A DNA stretch of 64,000 bases from Candidatus Bathyarchaeota archaeon (GTDB lineage Archaea; Thermoproteota; Bathyarchaeia; Bathyarchaeales; Bathycorpusculaceae). The notes under the pieces are model-generated. The model did not search any database. It was given only the letters and a program-made list of their open reading frames with translations, and was not told the DNA's origin. Positions 39,980-49,747 of the stretch are shown in pieces. The stretch is from contig CAVYES010000002.1 of NCBI GenBank assembly GCA_963767735.1, positions 85,862-149,861 of the forward strand. Reading direction: 5' to 3'. Each line of letters starts with the position of its first letter. The first letter of the stretch is position 1. The translations under genes were made by a program, and so were the position numbers.

Positions 39980-40968
39980 ATGACTTATGACCTTGCCCCT
40001 CTTGAATGGAATGAACTGGCATATCAAACTTATCTTGAGCGAACAAGAAGGGAGATGGACACTGAGATTTCGAGTCTTATCCGAAAGGTCGCGAATCTTA
40101 GACTTAACGAAAAAATCGTTTACGTTCTGCAGACTCGGGGAAAACTGTTAAGACCAACATTGGTTCTGCTAAGCGGTCAGAGCGTAGGCGCGAACAAAGA
40201 GCCTTTGAAAAAGCTGGCTTTAGCCATCGAGTTGTTACATGAAGCCACGCTGGTTCATGATGACATTTTGGATAATGACGGCTTAAGGCGAGATGCTATT
40301 GCTGTTCACGCGAAATGGAGCGTTAAAGACGCAATCTTGGTCGGCGACGCATTAGCTTCTCTTTCCCTTAACTTGGCTGCTGATTACGGCAAGGAAATCT
40401 CCAAAGTAGTTTCGCATGCATGCCTCTTGCTTTGCGACGGCGAATGCATTGATGCATTAACGACAAGTACCGAGTTGTCTGAAGGTGATTATTTTGAGAA
40501 AATCATGAAGAAATCTGCCTCCCTCTTTAGTGCAGCAACTCTGTGCGGAGCCATCGCTGGAGGCGGTTCCTTGCTTGAAAACGATTGTTTGGAGGAATTT
40601 GGTGAAAACTTCGGGGTAGCCTACCAAATTCGGGATGACCTCTCTGATATAGTCTCTTTAAGAGGAGGTGCAACTCCCAACCCAATGACTTACAAACGCT
40701 GCCATTAATTCACATGAACAGCTCGGCAAACAGTTTAGAAAAAAATCTCCTCAAAAGTTTTCTTTCAGAAAAAGTAGAAAACGGTTCAGAACCAAAGATT
40801 ACTCCAGAAAAACTCTATGAGTGCCTGGAGAATTCTGGATCCTTGGCTTACTGCGCAGAAAAAATAAACGGTTACCTAACCAGAGCAGTTGAAAGCTTAG
40901 AACCACTTAAAAAAAGCGTTTATAAGTCTTACTTAATTAAGATGGCAGACTCTCTGAGAACGCCATAA
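39980..40968 (+). pseudogene. trans-polyprenyl diphosphate synthase, frameshifted
   Basis: GKLLRP, HDDILD..LRR and YQIRDD in 39980..40708; ..TLPLIH and the C-terminal helices in the 40714..40968 frame. A CCCAA tandem duplication at 40676..40685 explains the shift. Confidence 0.8.
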
Positions 40969-41046
40969 ACTCTTTCAGAAAGAAATCGAACCTAATAGTG
41001 AGCTTGATTCTTACTAAACAAATATTCGGGTTTTCCAAGCCATAAA

Positions 41047-41841
41047 TTACCCAGAGTTCTTGGACTGCAATAATGTCTGCAGGGTTTTATGGCATTTGCT
41101 GCATTCGAACATTGAGTTCCCGCATGAAGGACAAAATAATTCTTGCTTAAGCATTTGCTCCAAAAGCGTCAATAATTCCGCTTTATTGTTGACCGCAAGG
41201 GGGCTCTCTTGCTTTAGAGCAGGTTGCTCAGCAGTTTCGTTTTTTGTTTGCGTGTTTTCGCTTGATGCAATTTCTTGGTAAACTTTGGCAATGCTTGCCT
41301 TTCCTTCACGTAGCCTCTGCTTATCGTCTTCACTTGCTTTTTCCAGTATTTTTTTTCCTCTTTCAAAGGTTCGGGTTGAAACGCCTGCTTTCTTGGCTAC
41401 TATTTCTGTTGCTTTAGCTTTAAACTCGTGCTCCGCGTCATCTGGCGCTAACCCTAACTGCTGGTTTCGCCCGTTTTTGCCTCCCTTAGATTGCCTTTTC
41501 TTTGCGAGCGCTTTTTCAATCTCAAGCAACGGCACTGCTAACTCTACGAGTTGAAAATTGTTCAGGTGACGACGCCTAAGATTTGCTTCTATCACGAATT
41601 TTTTTTCTAAGAGTTTATCTTCAAACTTGCGCACTTCAAAATCTGGTTCAATGCCAAGTTCGGTGCATGCGCGGTACCTGTGGTGTCCATCTAAAACTTC
41701 CAGGTCCTCGTTTACTATTATCGGGTAATGCTGTCCTTCAGCTTGTATTGATGCTTTGAGCTCCGAGAATTCTTCCTCTGACATTTTGGGCAGCAGTTTT
41801 TCGTATTCAGGGTTTAATCGTAAGCTCATGTGCATCGCCAT
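41047..41841 (-). CDS. ParB/Spo0J-like protein with HTH and C-terminal Cys4 finger
   Basis: PIIV...VLDGHHRYRAC, NLRRRHL, AKKAGVSTRTFER, CPSCG...CSKC. Confidence 0.85.
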   Translation of the reverse strand: MAMHMSLRLNPEYEKLLPKMSEEEFSELKASIQAEGQHYPIIVNEDLEVLDGHHRYRACTELGIEPDFEVRKFEDKLLEKKFVIEANLRRRHLNNFQLVELAVPLLEIEKALAKKRQSKGGKNGRNQQLGLAPDDAEHEFKAKATEIVAKKAGVSTRTFERGKKILEKASEDDKQRLREGKASIAKVYQEIASSENTQTKNETAEQPALKQESPLAVNNKAELLTLLEQMLKQELFCPSCGNSMFECSKCHKTLQTLLQSKNSG

Positions 41842-42112
41842 TGTTTGAGCTATCTTTTGGTTGAATTATTATATAAGGTGAAGGGTTAAGCCTGCGGCAG
41901 GCGGGGGAGGCTACTTTTGGCTGATGAAAATAGGTCTAAAAAGAGGACGGATAGGTACGGGGCATGTAGCCGAAATACGATAATTTTATTAAATAGCATC
42001 GCCTAAATTGTATCAAACTAATAATATATTAAAAATCTCATCATTGCGAGAAACACTCGCTTTAATGTGATTTACATAATCAAATAAATTTACAAATAGG
42101 AAGTGCATATTT

Positions 42113-43279
42113 ACGGGAACATCCCAAACATTTACGATAAAGTACGTTATACATGCGAAATTTGAAATTGAAGGTGTAGTTGAAAAACCTGATGTGATAG
42201 GCGCTGTTTTTGGTCAAACAGAAGGGCTTTTTGGACCTGAACTTGACTTAAGAGAACTGCAGAAAACAGGCCGCATCGGCAGAATAGAAATAGAGTTGCA
42301 TTCAAAAAATGATAAAACCACTGGTTTTATAACGATTCCAACCAGCCTAGATCGGGTTTCAACAGCGCTGATTGCCGCAAGCATAGAGAGCATTAACCGT
42401 GTCGGTCCATGTTCAGCCAAAGTTTGCTTAGAAAAAATTGAAGACATTCGGGAAGCACGCAGGAAAATAATCATCGATCGAGCAAAAGAAATCCTGCATA
42501 AATGGACTATTGAGTCGATGCCAAGCGTGGATGAAGTTTATAAAGAAATCTCTGAGACAATGAAAATCGGCAAAGTCGAAAAGTACGGTCCAGAAGACTT
42601 GCCCGCTGGTCCTGGATTAGACAGCGCAAAAGAAATCATCGTTGTTGAAGGACGCGCTGACATAATCAATCTGATGCGTTGCGGAATTTTCAACACCGTC
42701 GCTCTTGAAGGCGCCAAAGTTCCTGAGTCAATAAAGAAGCTAACTAAAGAAAAAACAGCCACAGCCTTGCTGGATGGCGACCGAGGCGGCGATCTAATAC
42801 TAAAAGAGTTACAACAGGTAACAAATGTCAAGTTTGTCGGCCGCGCTCCAAGAGGCAAAGAAATCGAGGAATGCAACTGCAAAGAAATCGCCGAAGCCAT
42901 AGAAAATAAGCTTCCAATAGCTGAAGCCTCTGGCAAACCGCCTTCTAAAAAGCCTGAGCCGCCGCAGCGCATCAAAGTCGAAGTTCCAGAACCCGTCAGC
43001 AATGCAGCAAAAGCTTTGCTTGGCACCCTTGAAGCAGTCTTGCTAAATGACAAGTTCGAGTTGATTGAGCGTTTGCCCGTAAGCCAATTAGCAGAAAAGC
43101 TCCAGCAAGTAACCGGCGTTGACACAGTGGTTTTCGATGGAATCATAACGCAGAGAATAGTTGATATCGCAGGCGATAAAAACATTAGACGCATAGTTGC
43201 TTCGAGAGTTTCAGAAGCGGTAAAGCCAGCCCTAAACGTTGAATTAGTAACATTCCAAGACGCAATCCCTCAAGCTTAA
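42113..43279 (+). CDS. dnaG: Archaeal DnaG (TOPRIM, exosome-associated)
   Basis: KYVIHAKFEIEGVVEKPDVIGAVFGQTEGL, ELQKTGRIGRI, VVEGRADI, LDGDRGG. The conserved N-terminus extends 27 codons upstream of the tracked GTG, and the start coordinate is a putative ACG. Confidence 0.92.
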   Translation, partial: TGTSQTFTIKYVIHAKFEIEGVVEKPDVIGAVFGQTEGLFGPELDLRELQKTGRIGRIEIELHSKNDKTTGFITIPTSLDRVSTALIAASIESINRVGPCSAKVCLEKIEDIREARRKIIIDRAKEILHKWTIESMPSVDEVYKEISETMKIGKVEKYGPEDLPAGPGLDSAKEIIVVEGRADIINLMRCGIFNTVALEGAKVPESIKKLTKEKTATALLDGDRGGDLILKELQQVTNVKFVGRAPRGKEIEECNCKEIAEAIENKLPIAEASGKPPSKKPEPPQRIKVEVPEPVSNAAKALLGTLEAVLLNDKFELIERLPVSQLAEKLQQVTGVDTVVFDGIITQRIVDIAGDKNIRRIVASRVSEAVKPALNVELVTFQDAIPQA

Positions 43280-45660
43280 AGATAATCGGTAAGGCTTCTG
43301 CTTTCTTCACTTTCTTTCTTTTCACTTGTCAGTTCTTTTTCTGTTACACCGAAAAAGCCCAGTATTCTCGCCGCTGCAGGAACCACCTGATTACTCACAT
43401 AGTAGTCAACGTCTACTTCATCGTACTTGGCAAAAATGTAGGGTTTCACACGGCTGTAAAATCGCCCTTTACCTGAAAGTATGACGAAGCCTACTTTGTC
43501 GCCGCCTGTTAGCCGCCAGCCCTTTTCTTTGAGCATTTTTGCCGCTTCCACATGCGGAGTCCTAATCGCGTACTGCTCCGGTGGTTTTGTCAGTGTTTTC
43601 CAAATTATTAGGTCGTGTAACGGAACTTTCCTCTGCCTTAATTCTGCTATTACAGTGCGCACGTAGTCAACTGCCTTCACAGGGGACTGCTGTTTCAAAA
43701 TTATTTCTAGCACGTGTTCCTGCACTTTTTTAGCGACTTCCGCCCAATCTCCACGCATCACTTCTAACCCAACTATGTCTAATGTGCCGTCAAGCCTAAG
43801 TCCAGCATACCGTTTTTTGGCTTCAGTAAAGAAGATGCGTTTATAGACTTCGCTGATTTCCACTTCTAAGCCCAACTTCTCTTTAATTTCAGCTTTAAGC
43901 CCAAGAAGCTTCTTTTCGTCGTTGGTTAAGAAGAGACTGTCAGTGTCACCGTAAATGACCGCTAAGCTTTTGTCTTCGACTAATCGGGTAGCACTTAAAA
44001 TGGTATGTCTGCCCCAAGCGGAAGCTGCTTCAGCTACTGGTTTAAGGTACCATCTTGCGCCGACCCAGCCAGCGTAGCCATAGGCAGCATTTGTTATGAT
44101 TTTAACCGCTTTTTGCCTCGCATCCAAGATGCTGTATTCAACCGAGCTGTGGCTTAAAGTCTTCATCTCTAAGCGTATTTTCCCTCTTACTCCTATCAGG
44201 TAGGTTAATGCTTCCTTGTAGAATCCGGGCGGTGCTTTGCGGAATCGATGCTTAACTTCAGGGGCTTCGTAAACTCCAGCTGGCGGTACAGACTCATCAG
44301 GTGCAACGTAGGTGTCAGGCGAGAGGTTGTATCGTATCATGATGTTAGGGTACATTGATTTGAAATCTAAAACAGCTATGTCACTGTGCAATCCAGGTTT
44401 TGGTTTAAGCACCAATCCCCCGGCGTAAGGCCGATAGGGCTGCTCTACCCGTCTGGGTATGAGTTCACTGAGTTTGCGTGTTTGCTTAATTAGAAACCAC
44501 TCTACCCTAAAGCCTACTGCGGCGGTCATAACATGGTCCAGTGGCAAGCTAACTAGGCTTGAAAGTTGCATGGCGAAATCCAACAGCAACGCTGCTGAGC
44601 TTTGGATTTTGCGTGCGTTGTTTAGGCTGAATTCTTCAAGCGCTTTCCTCTTCTGTGGGTGTTCCCAATAATCGGCGAATTCAACATCCTCAATTTCGTT
44701 GCCCGATGCGATTTTCATTATCCCCAAATATTGGGCTAAGTTGGAAAGGGTCTTAACCTTAACTTCTGGAAAAACATCCATAAAATCGGCAAGGTCCACA
44801 TTAGCCACGCCAGTAAACGAAACGTGACCATAAATGCTGGTATGCGGCTCCTTTCTCGCACGGTCAACATCAAACGTTCTTCCAAGCCTGCGGCTTCGCT
44901 TTATCAAGTAATCCCAGTCTCGGGTGTTAGCCCCGAAACTAACGATTATATCAGGGTCACACTGGCAAATGTACTCAACGAACTGTTGAAGGATGGGCTT
45001 ATCATTTTTGTCGTCGGCTGCCACAAACTGCTTTTCTTGGCCGTTGCTGGCAACAGCGGATATTATTACCACGGGATTTCTGTCTGGTTTAGGTGAGCCT
45101 TCCCGGCTGTAACTTATCATTGAGAAACTAAGCGTTTTTAGCTTCGGCTTGTCAAAGCGGTCGAGCTGTCTTGGAATAGAATTTGCCAAATAAACCTTGT
45201 CAACTCTTACACCTGACTTGTTTTCTTCCTCTGCCGCCTCCACTTCATGCCATGCACATGGGGCTAAATCATTGTCGATTAGGTACCGCATGGCGACGCG
45301 AATATCGTCTTCGAGGCAGTCTTTTACCCCTTCGAGCCCTCGAAGCTCTTTGGCAAGCCTCCCCATTTCGGTTGCGCCTTTACAGTAGACCTTTATTGCT
45401 TGCACGGGCTTGCCGAAGAACCTGCACTCAACGGCTTCCGCCTTCAATATTGATGAGGGATAAGCGTTCATGATTTCCGCTGCAATTTTCGGCGTGCTAA
45501 ATCCTTCTTTGACCACAGCGTAAAAGTATGCAGTAACGTTTCTATTAATAATTAGCACTCGGTTTTCTTTTGCATCAATCCCCCAAAGCCACAACTCACA
45601 CGAGTCACATGTTTTATCTATTTTGGGGTTAATGTCTAGGAGCCAAAAAGTAACTTTCAC
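43276..45660 (-). CDS. polB: Family B DNA polymerase (PolB3-like) with degenerate exonuclease motifs
   Basis: DFKSMYP, KIITNAAYG, YGDTDS and KKRYA intact; ExoI/II/III acidic residues substituted. Confidence 0.95.
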   Translation of the reverse strand: MKVTFWLLDINPKIDKTCDSCELWLWGIDAKENRVLIINRNVTAYFYAVVKEGFSTPKIAAEIMNAYPSSILKAEAVECRFFGKPVQAIKVYCKGATEMGRLAKELRGLEGVKDCLEDDIRVAMRYLIDNDLAPCAWHEVEAAEEENKSGVRVDKVYLANSIPRQLDRFDKPKLKTLSFSMISYSREGSPKPDRNPVVIISAVASNGQEKQFVAADDKNDKPILQQFVEYICQCDPDIIVSFGANTRDWDYLIKRSRRLGRTFDVDRARKEPHTSIYGHVSFTGVANVDLADFMDVFPEVKVKTLSNLAQYLGIMKIASGNEIEDVEFADYWEHPQKRKALEEFSLNNARKIQSSAALLLDFAMQLSSLVSLPLDHVMTAAVGFRVEWFLIKQTRKLSELIPRRVEQPYRPYAGGLVLKPKPGLHSDIAVLDFKSMYPNIMIRYNLSPDTYVAPDESVPPAGVYEAPEVKHRFRKAPPGFYKEALTYLIGVRGKIRLEMKTLSHSSVEYSILDARQKAVKIITNAAYGYAGWVGARWYLKPVAEAASAWGRHTILSATRLVEDKSLAVIYGDTDSLFLTNDEKKLLGLKAEIKEKLGLEVEISEVYKRIFFTEAKKRYAGLRLDGTLDIVGLEVMRGDWAEVAKKVQEHVLEIILKQQSPVKAVDYVRTVIAELRQRKVPLHDLIIWKTLTKPPEQYAIRTPHVEAAKMLKEKGWRLTGGDKVGFVILSGKGRFYSRVKPYIFAKYDEVDVDYYVSNQVVPAAARILGFFGVTEKELTSEKKESEESRSLTDYL

Positions 45661-45853
45661 TGGAAATCGCCAATTAAAGCATAAGACAAATTTGCCTTTA
45701 AACCTTTAATTGGCAAACAGTTTTGATTCATCAGCGTAAAATCCCTTTTTTCTTTTGAGCTGTCTAACATGATTGATGCCGACCGGGTTAAGCGTCTGCA
45801 TCTTTTTTCAGCTAAGATCACTGGACAAAAAGGGTGTGCCCATCAACGCTACT

Positions 45854-45892
45854 TTCAATTTTGCTAGAGAAATTCATTTGCTAAATTGATAC
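45854..45892. repeat. 39-bp imperfect palindromic dispersed element, copy C
   Basis: TTCAATTTTGCTA-GAGA-AATT-CATT-TGCTAAATTGATAC. Confidence 0.85.
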
Positions 45893-45961
45893 CCCGTCCC
45901 GCCTTTCTTTCTGGAAGAGTTAGTTTTAAGTTTCTCGCTGTGACAGTATTTTTGATGTTTT

Positions 45962-46889
45962 ATGGGTTCTCAAGAAGTTCTAATCGAGGCGCAACAGTTA
46001 ACAAAGAAATTTGACGATTTCACAGCGGTAGATCACATAGATTTTAAAGTGTACAGAGGCGAATGTGTAGGTTTCTTGGGACCCAACGGTGCAGGCAAAA
46101 CCACCACTGTCCGCATGGTGTACTGTTTTCTGCCTCCAACGTCTGGTGAATTAAAAGTTGCGGGATTCAGCGTCAACACACAATGTCAGGCAAATAAAAA
46201 ACCTGGTTGGAGTGGCACCTCAAGAGGACAATTTAGACCCGGACTTCACCGTCATAAAAAACCTCACGGTCTACTGTCGCTATTTTGACATCCCAAAAGA
46301 TGAAGCGATAAAAAGAGCAGATGAACAGCTAAAGTTTTTTCAACTTGAGGAAAAAAAGAATGCGCCTATAGATGCCCTGTCAGGAGGCATGAAGCGCCGC
46401 CTAATTTTTGCGAGGGCACTGATAAATCAGCCTCAAATTCTTCTTTTAGATGAACCTACCACGGGGTTGGATCCTCAAGCGCGGCATTTAGCTTGGGATG
46501 AAGTGCGTAATTTGAAGAAGAAGCAGGTTACCATCATTTTGACGACACATTATATGGATGAAGCCGCTGTTCTATGTGACAGAATACTAATTATTGATAG
46601 AGGAAAAATTATCGAGGAAGGCAGCCCAGCTGAACTGGTAAAGAAGCATGCGGGCGAAGAAGTTTTGGAACTTGATTATGATGAGAAGCTTCTGCCAACT
46701 TTAAAGGAGGCTTTTCCTGATGCTGAATTTGAAAGGTTAGGTGATCGGCTGCAAATTTTCACTGATAAGCCCCATGGGGTTTTTGAAGGCTTCCTAAAAG
46801 ACCACCCGATGCAGAACGTAACTATCCGTACCGCTAACCTTGAAGATGTTTTCCTTAAACTAACTGGAAGAGGACTAAGAGAGGAATGA
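45962..46889 (+). pseudogene. NodI/DrrA-like ABC ATP-binding protein, split by a 1-nt frameshift
   Basis: Walker A GPNGAGKTT in 45962..46288; Q-loop, LSGG and LLLDEP in 46158..46889. Removing one base at about 46184..46187 (TGTCAGG) restores ..TQCRQIKNLVG. Confidence 0.82.
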
Positions 46890-47713
46890 GCAGCCCTAAC
46901 CTTCGCAAGTCACCGGCACGTTTCACCATGCCAAAATTAACCTACAGAGTTTGGAAGGTTTGGCGACGAAACTTTGACGTATTCACAAAAACTATAAAGG
47001 TTAATTTTTTGCCGTCCCTTCTTGAGCCTATCTTGTACTTGTTGGCTTTTGGGTTTGGCCTAGGAGGTTTAATCCCAAGTGTTCAAGGCCAACCATACAT
47101 CGACTTTTTAGCTCCTGCATTGGTAGCGATTGCAATTATGAACGGCGCATTTTTTGAGTGCACGTTTGCCTCTTTCGTGCGGATGTACTTCCAAAAAACC
47201 TTTGACGCAATCGTAGCCACGCCTGTTAGTGTTGAAGAAGTAGTTGCGGGAGAACTTCTTTGGGGCGCAACTCGCTCCACAATAAACGCGACAATCGTGT
47301 TGGCTGTGATTGCAACTTTCGGCTTAATTAAGAGCCCCCTGTTTCTGCTGGTTGTGCCGCTCGCGTTCTTCGGCGGATTAATGTTTGGCTCTATCGCAAT
47401 GTGTTTTACAGCTATAGCACCCAACATTGACTTTTTCAATTTTCCCTCGTTTCTGTTTCTGACGCCAATGTTTTTTCTAAGCGGCACATTTTTCCCGTTG
47501 ACATCTGTGCCACTTCAAATCGCAGCTATGGCTGTTTTGCCCTTAACCCACATAGTTAACTTAACTCGAGCAGTTGTCACAACTCATGTTACACCAATTC
47601 TAGGATTAAGCACAGGAATTCTACTGATCATTAGCATGGCATGGATAATAGCTGTTGGAATATTCTTCTTTATAGTCAGCATTAACCTTATGAAAAAGCG
47701 GTTAACAGCATAA
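46886..47713 (+). CDS. ABC-2 type permease (NodJ-like)
   Basis: EPILYLLAFGFGLG, YFQKTFDAIVATP, GELLWG, FLSGTFFP. Confidence 0.92.
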   Translation: MSSPNLRKSPARFTMPKLTYRVWKVWRRNFDVFTKTIKVNFLPSLLEPILYLLAFGFGLGGLIPSVQGQPYIDFLAPALVAIAIMNGAFFECTFASFVRMYFQKTFDAIVATPVSVEEVVAGELLWGATRSTINATIVLAVIATFGLIKSPLFLLVVPLAFFGGLMFGSIAMCFTAIAPNIDFFNFPSFLFLTPMFFLSGTFFPLTSVPLQIAAMAVLPLTHIVNLTRAVVTTHVTPILGLSTGILLIISMAWIIAVGIFFFIVSINLMKKRLTA

Positions 47714-47924
47714 CTCACGTTAAATGAGTTAGGAGCGTTTTAGTTTTTCTTTTTGTCGCTTTTTTTGGAGCAAATAGCAGGTATGCCTATGGTGAGCGAG
47801 TTTCTTAGTTAGGGCTTATTTTGGGCTGTTTTTTTGGTATTGAGCTTAATTTGAGGTTTAGCTCGGGGCAGTGGAACATAGGCGCGTGCAATTAATGAAA
47901 TTGCCCACTTTTTGTTTTGAAGAA

Positions 47925-48695
47925 TCATTTTTCAAAATCCATTTGGGGCAGATTGAATTGTCTTTCAATATCATGGGTAAACCCGGCGACGATGGTTACA
48001 AGAAGGACAAATGAGGCAAAGCCGAGAATGATCCAGTCAATCATTTGAAGCTGGTTCAGGTTGCTTACGCCGGGCAAAAACCCATAAATTGCGATTTCAA
48101 GGGCAAGTAAAAACATAAACGAAGCTGCAATTAGAAACAACAACCAAGTTTTGGCAATTGCCCTGCGAATGTCCACTGAGATATGTGCCTTCCACCATCT
48201 GAGAGGTTTGTTGATGCGGGTTGCAACAGCCCAAGTTAAAATGATAAAGGGTACTTGAGCGACGCCTCCGCCAACCAAAAAAAGGATTGTTCCGACAAGA
48301 AGAAAAATTGAGCTGCCTCTTTTAGCATCGATAAAACGGGCAGACCAAACAGCCAGTAGTAATCCGGCGATAATCACGAGGATGCCCGTTATTAAGAAGT
48401 TGGGAATTAACGTAAATGCTCCTTCACCACCGTTGGTCCATCTGGTATAGCTGCTCCCTTTGCCAACGGCGTTTATTACGAAGCCGTTTGTTTTATGATT
48501 TCCCTGCAGGGCTTCAAAAGTTCCGTGGCTGAAACCTGAAATTCCTGTTAACACGCCCATTGTTGACGCTATTGCTTTTGTAGCGTTAACGTTGCTTCGC
48601 CCTTTTTTGCGGTTTACTTTTGAGGTCAAGATCATGGAAATCATCGTTTCTCCACTATTTAACATTTGAATCTTCCACAGTTCCCGCACAGGCAT
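47925..48695 (-). CDS. Hypothetical multi-pass membrane protein
   Basis: About six hydrophobic helices; SHGTFEALQGN, GGEGAFTLIPNFLITG. Real start probably downstream of 48695. Confidence 0.72.
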   Translation of the reverse strand: MPVRELWKIQMLNSGETMISMILTSKVNRKKGRSNVNATKAIASTMGVLTGISGFSHGTFEALQGNHKTNGFVINAVGKGSSYTRWTNGGEGAFTLIPNFLITGILVIIAGLLLAVWSARFIDAKRGSSIFLLVGTILFLVGGGVAQVPFIILTWAVATRINKPLRWWKAHISVDIRRAIAKTWLLFLIAASFMFLLALEIAIYGFLPGVSNLNQLQMIDWIILGFASFVLLVTIVAGFTHDIERQFNLPQMDFEK

Positions 48696-48714
48696 TCACA
48701 AAAACCAAAAAAAG

Positions 48715-49653
48715 CTAAAAATTACGTTTAATGTTAAGCTTAATGTCTTTAACTTCAGCAATGATAAGATAGGAAGCAGCTAACCCCCTCCATCTGCCCC
48801 ACGACTCAGCGAGTCCCCGAGCCTCATCAGCGTTAATTGGTTTTCCACCGCAATAATACCTTGAAATAACCCGCCTGACGCCCAAATCATCAGCCGGCAG
48901 CGCATCCAGCTTTTGCATCCCCCTCAGCATAGTTAACTCAGCCGTCCAAACGCCAATCCCTCTAATTGCGTCAAGCTCAGAAATGATTTCCTCGGGGTTG
49001 CAGTTTTTTAGATGTTCAAGATCTAACTTGCCCTCTACTATTAACTTGGCTGCTCCTTGGATGTACTGGGCTTTGCGCTGGCTTAATCCGCAGCTTTGAA
49101 TTTCACTGATGCTTGTGTTCGCAATATTTTGATGGGTTGGATACGCGTAGAAGCTGTCGCCGTTTAGAAAGAGCGGTTCCCCAAACTTCTTGATTATCCT
49201 TTCCTCGAGGGCGTGTGCTACTTTGATGGAGATTTGTTGCTCAACAATTGAATCAATTAGGGCTTCGAAAACCGTTGGCGTAGTCGGGTTTTTAAGTCCA
49301 TACAACAGTTGAGCTATTTGCTGCATTACATGGTCGTTTTTGAGGTCTCGGTAAAAAGAGCACAAATCGAAGTCCAAGTTGAAAATGAATTTGACTGTTT
49401 CTTCAGCTTTTTTCTTGTCCTGCACTGTGAGTGGATTGTTAGATTTCAACTCAACACTTATCTTCGGGTCCTCAACAGTTCCGAGGGAAGCCACTTTTAA
49501 TTGGGCAAGTTTGTCATTGATGTAGACGACTTGGCTGAATTGGCTGTTTGTGTAGTTTCGGATTTGTTTGTCGCCGCTGCAGGATATTTGAGCGGTTAAA
49601 TCAAAGTTGAAAGGTGCTAAGGCTTGAACTGTAAAGGTTTCGGTGAACGTCAA
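48715..49653 (-). CDS. alkA: DNA-3-methyladenine glycosylase II (AlkA, HhH-GPD)
   Basis: FEALIDSIVEQQIS, IRGIGVWTAE, LPADDLG, WGRWRG. Confidence 0.92.
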   Translation of the reverse strand: MTFTETFTVQALAPFNFDLTAQISCSGDKQIRNYTNSQFSQVVYINDKLAQLKVASLGTVEDPKISVELKSNNPLTVQDKKKAEETVKFIFNLDFDLCSFYRDLKNDHVMQQIAQLLYGLKNPTTPTVFEALIDSIVEQQISIKVAHALEERIIKKFGEPLFLNGDSFYAYPTHQNIANTSISEIQSCGLSQRKAQYIQGAAKLIVEGKLDLEHLKNCNPEEIISELDAIRGIGVWTAELTMLRGMQKLDALPADDLGVRRVISRYYCGGKPINADEARGLAESWGRWRGLAASYLIIAEVKDIKLNIKRNF

Positions 49654-49747
49654 CTTGTTTCATCACTGAAGCGTTCTATTATTTCCGCTTGAATATTAAA
49701 GATTTTTAACTTTAAAGTGTGTTGTAAGCGAGTGTGGATGGTTAATT

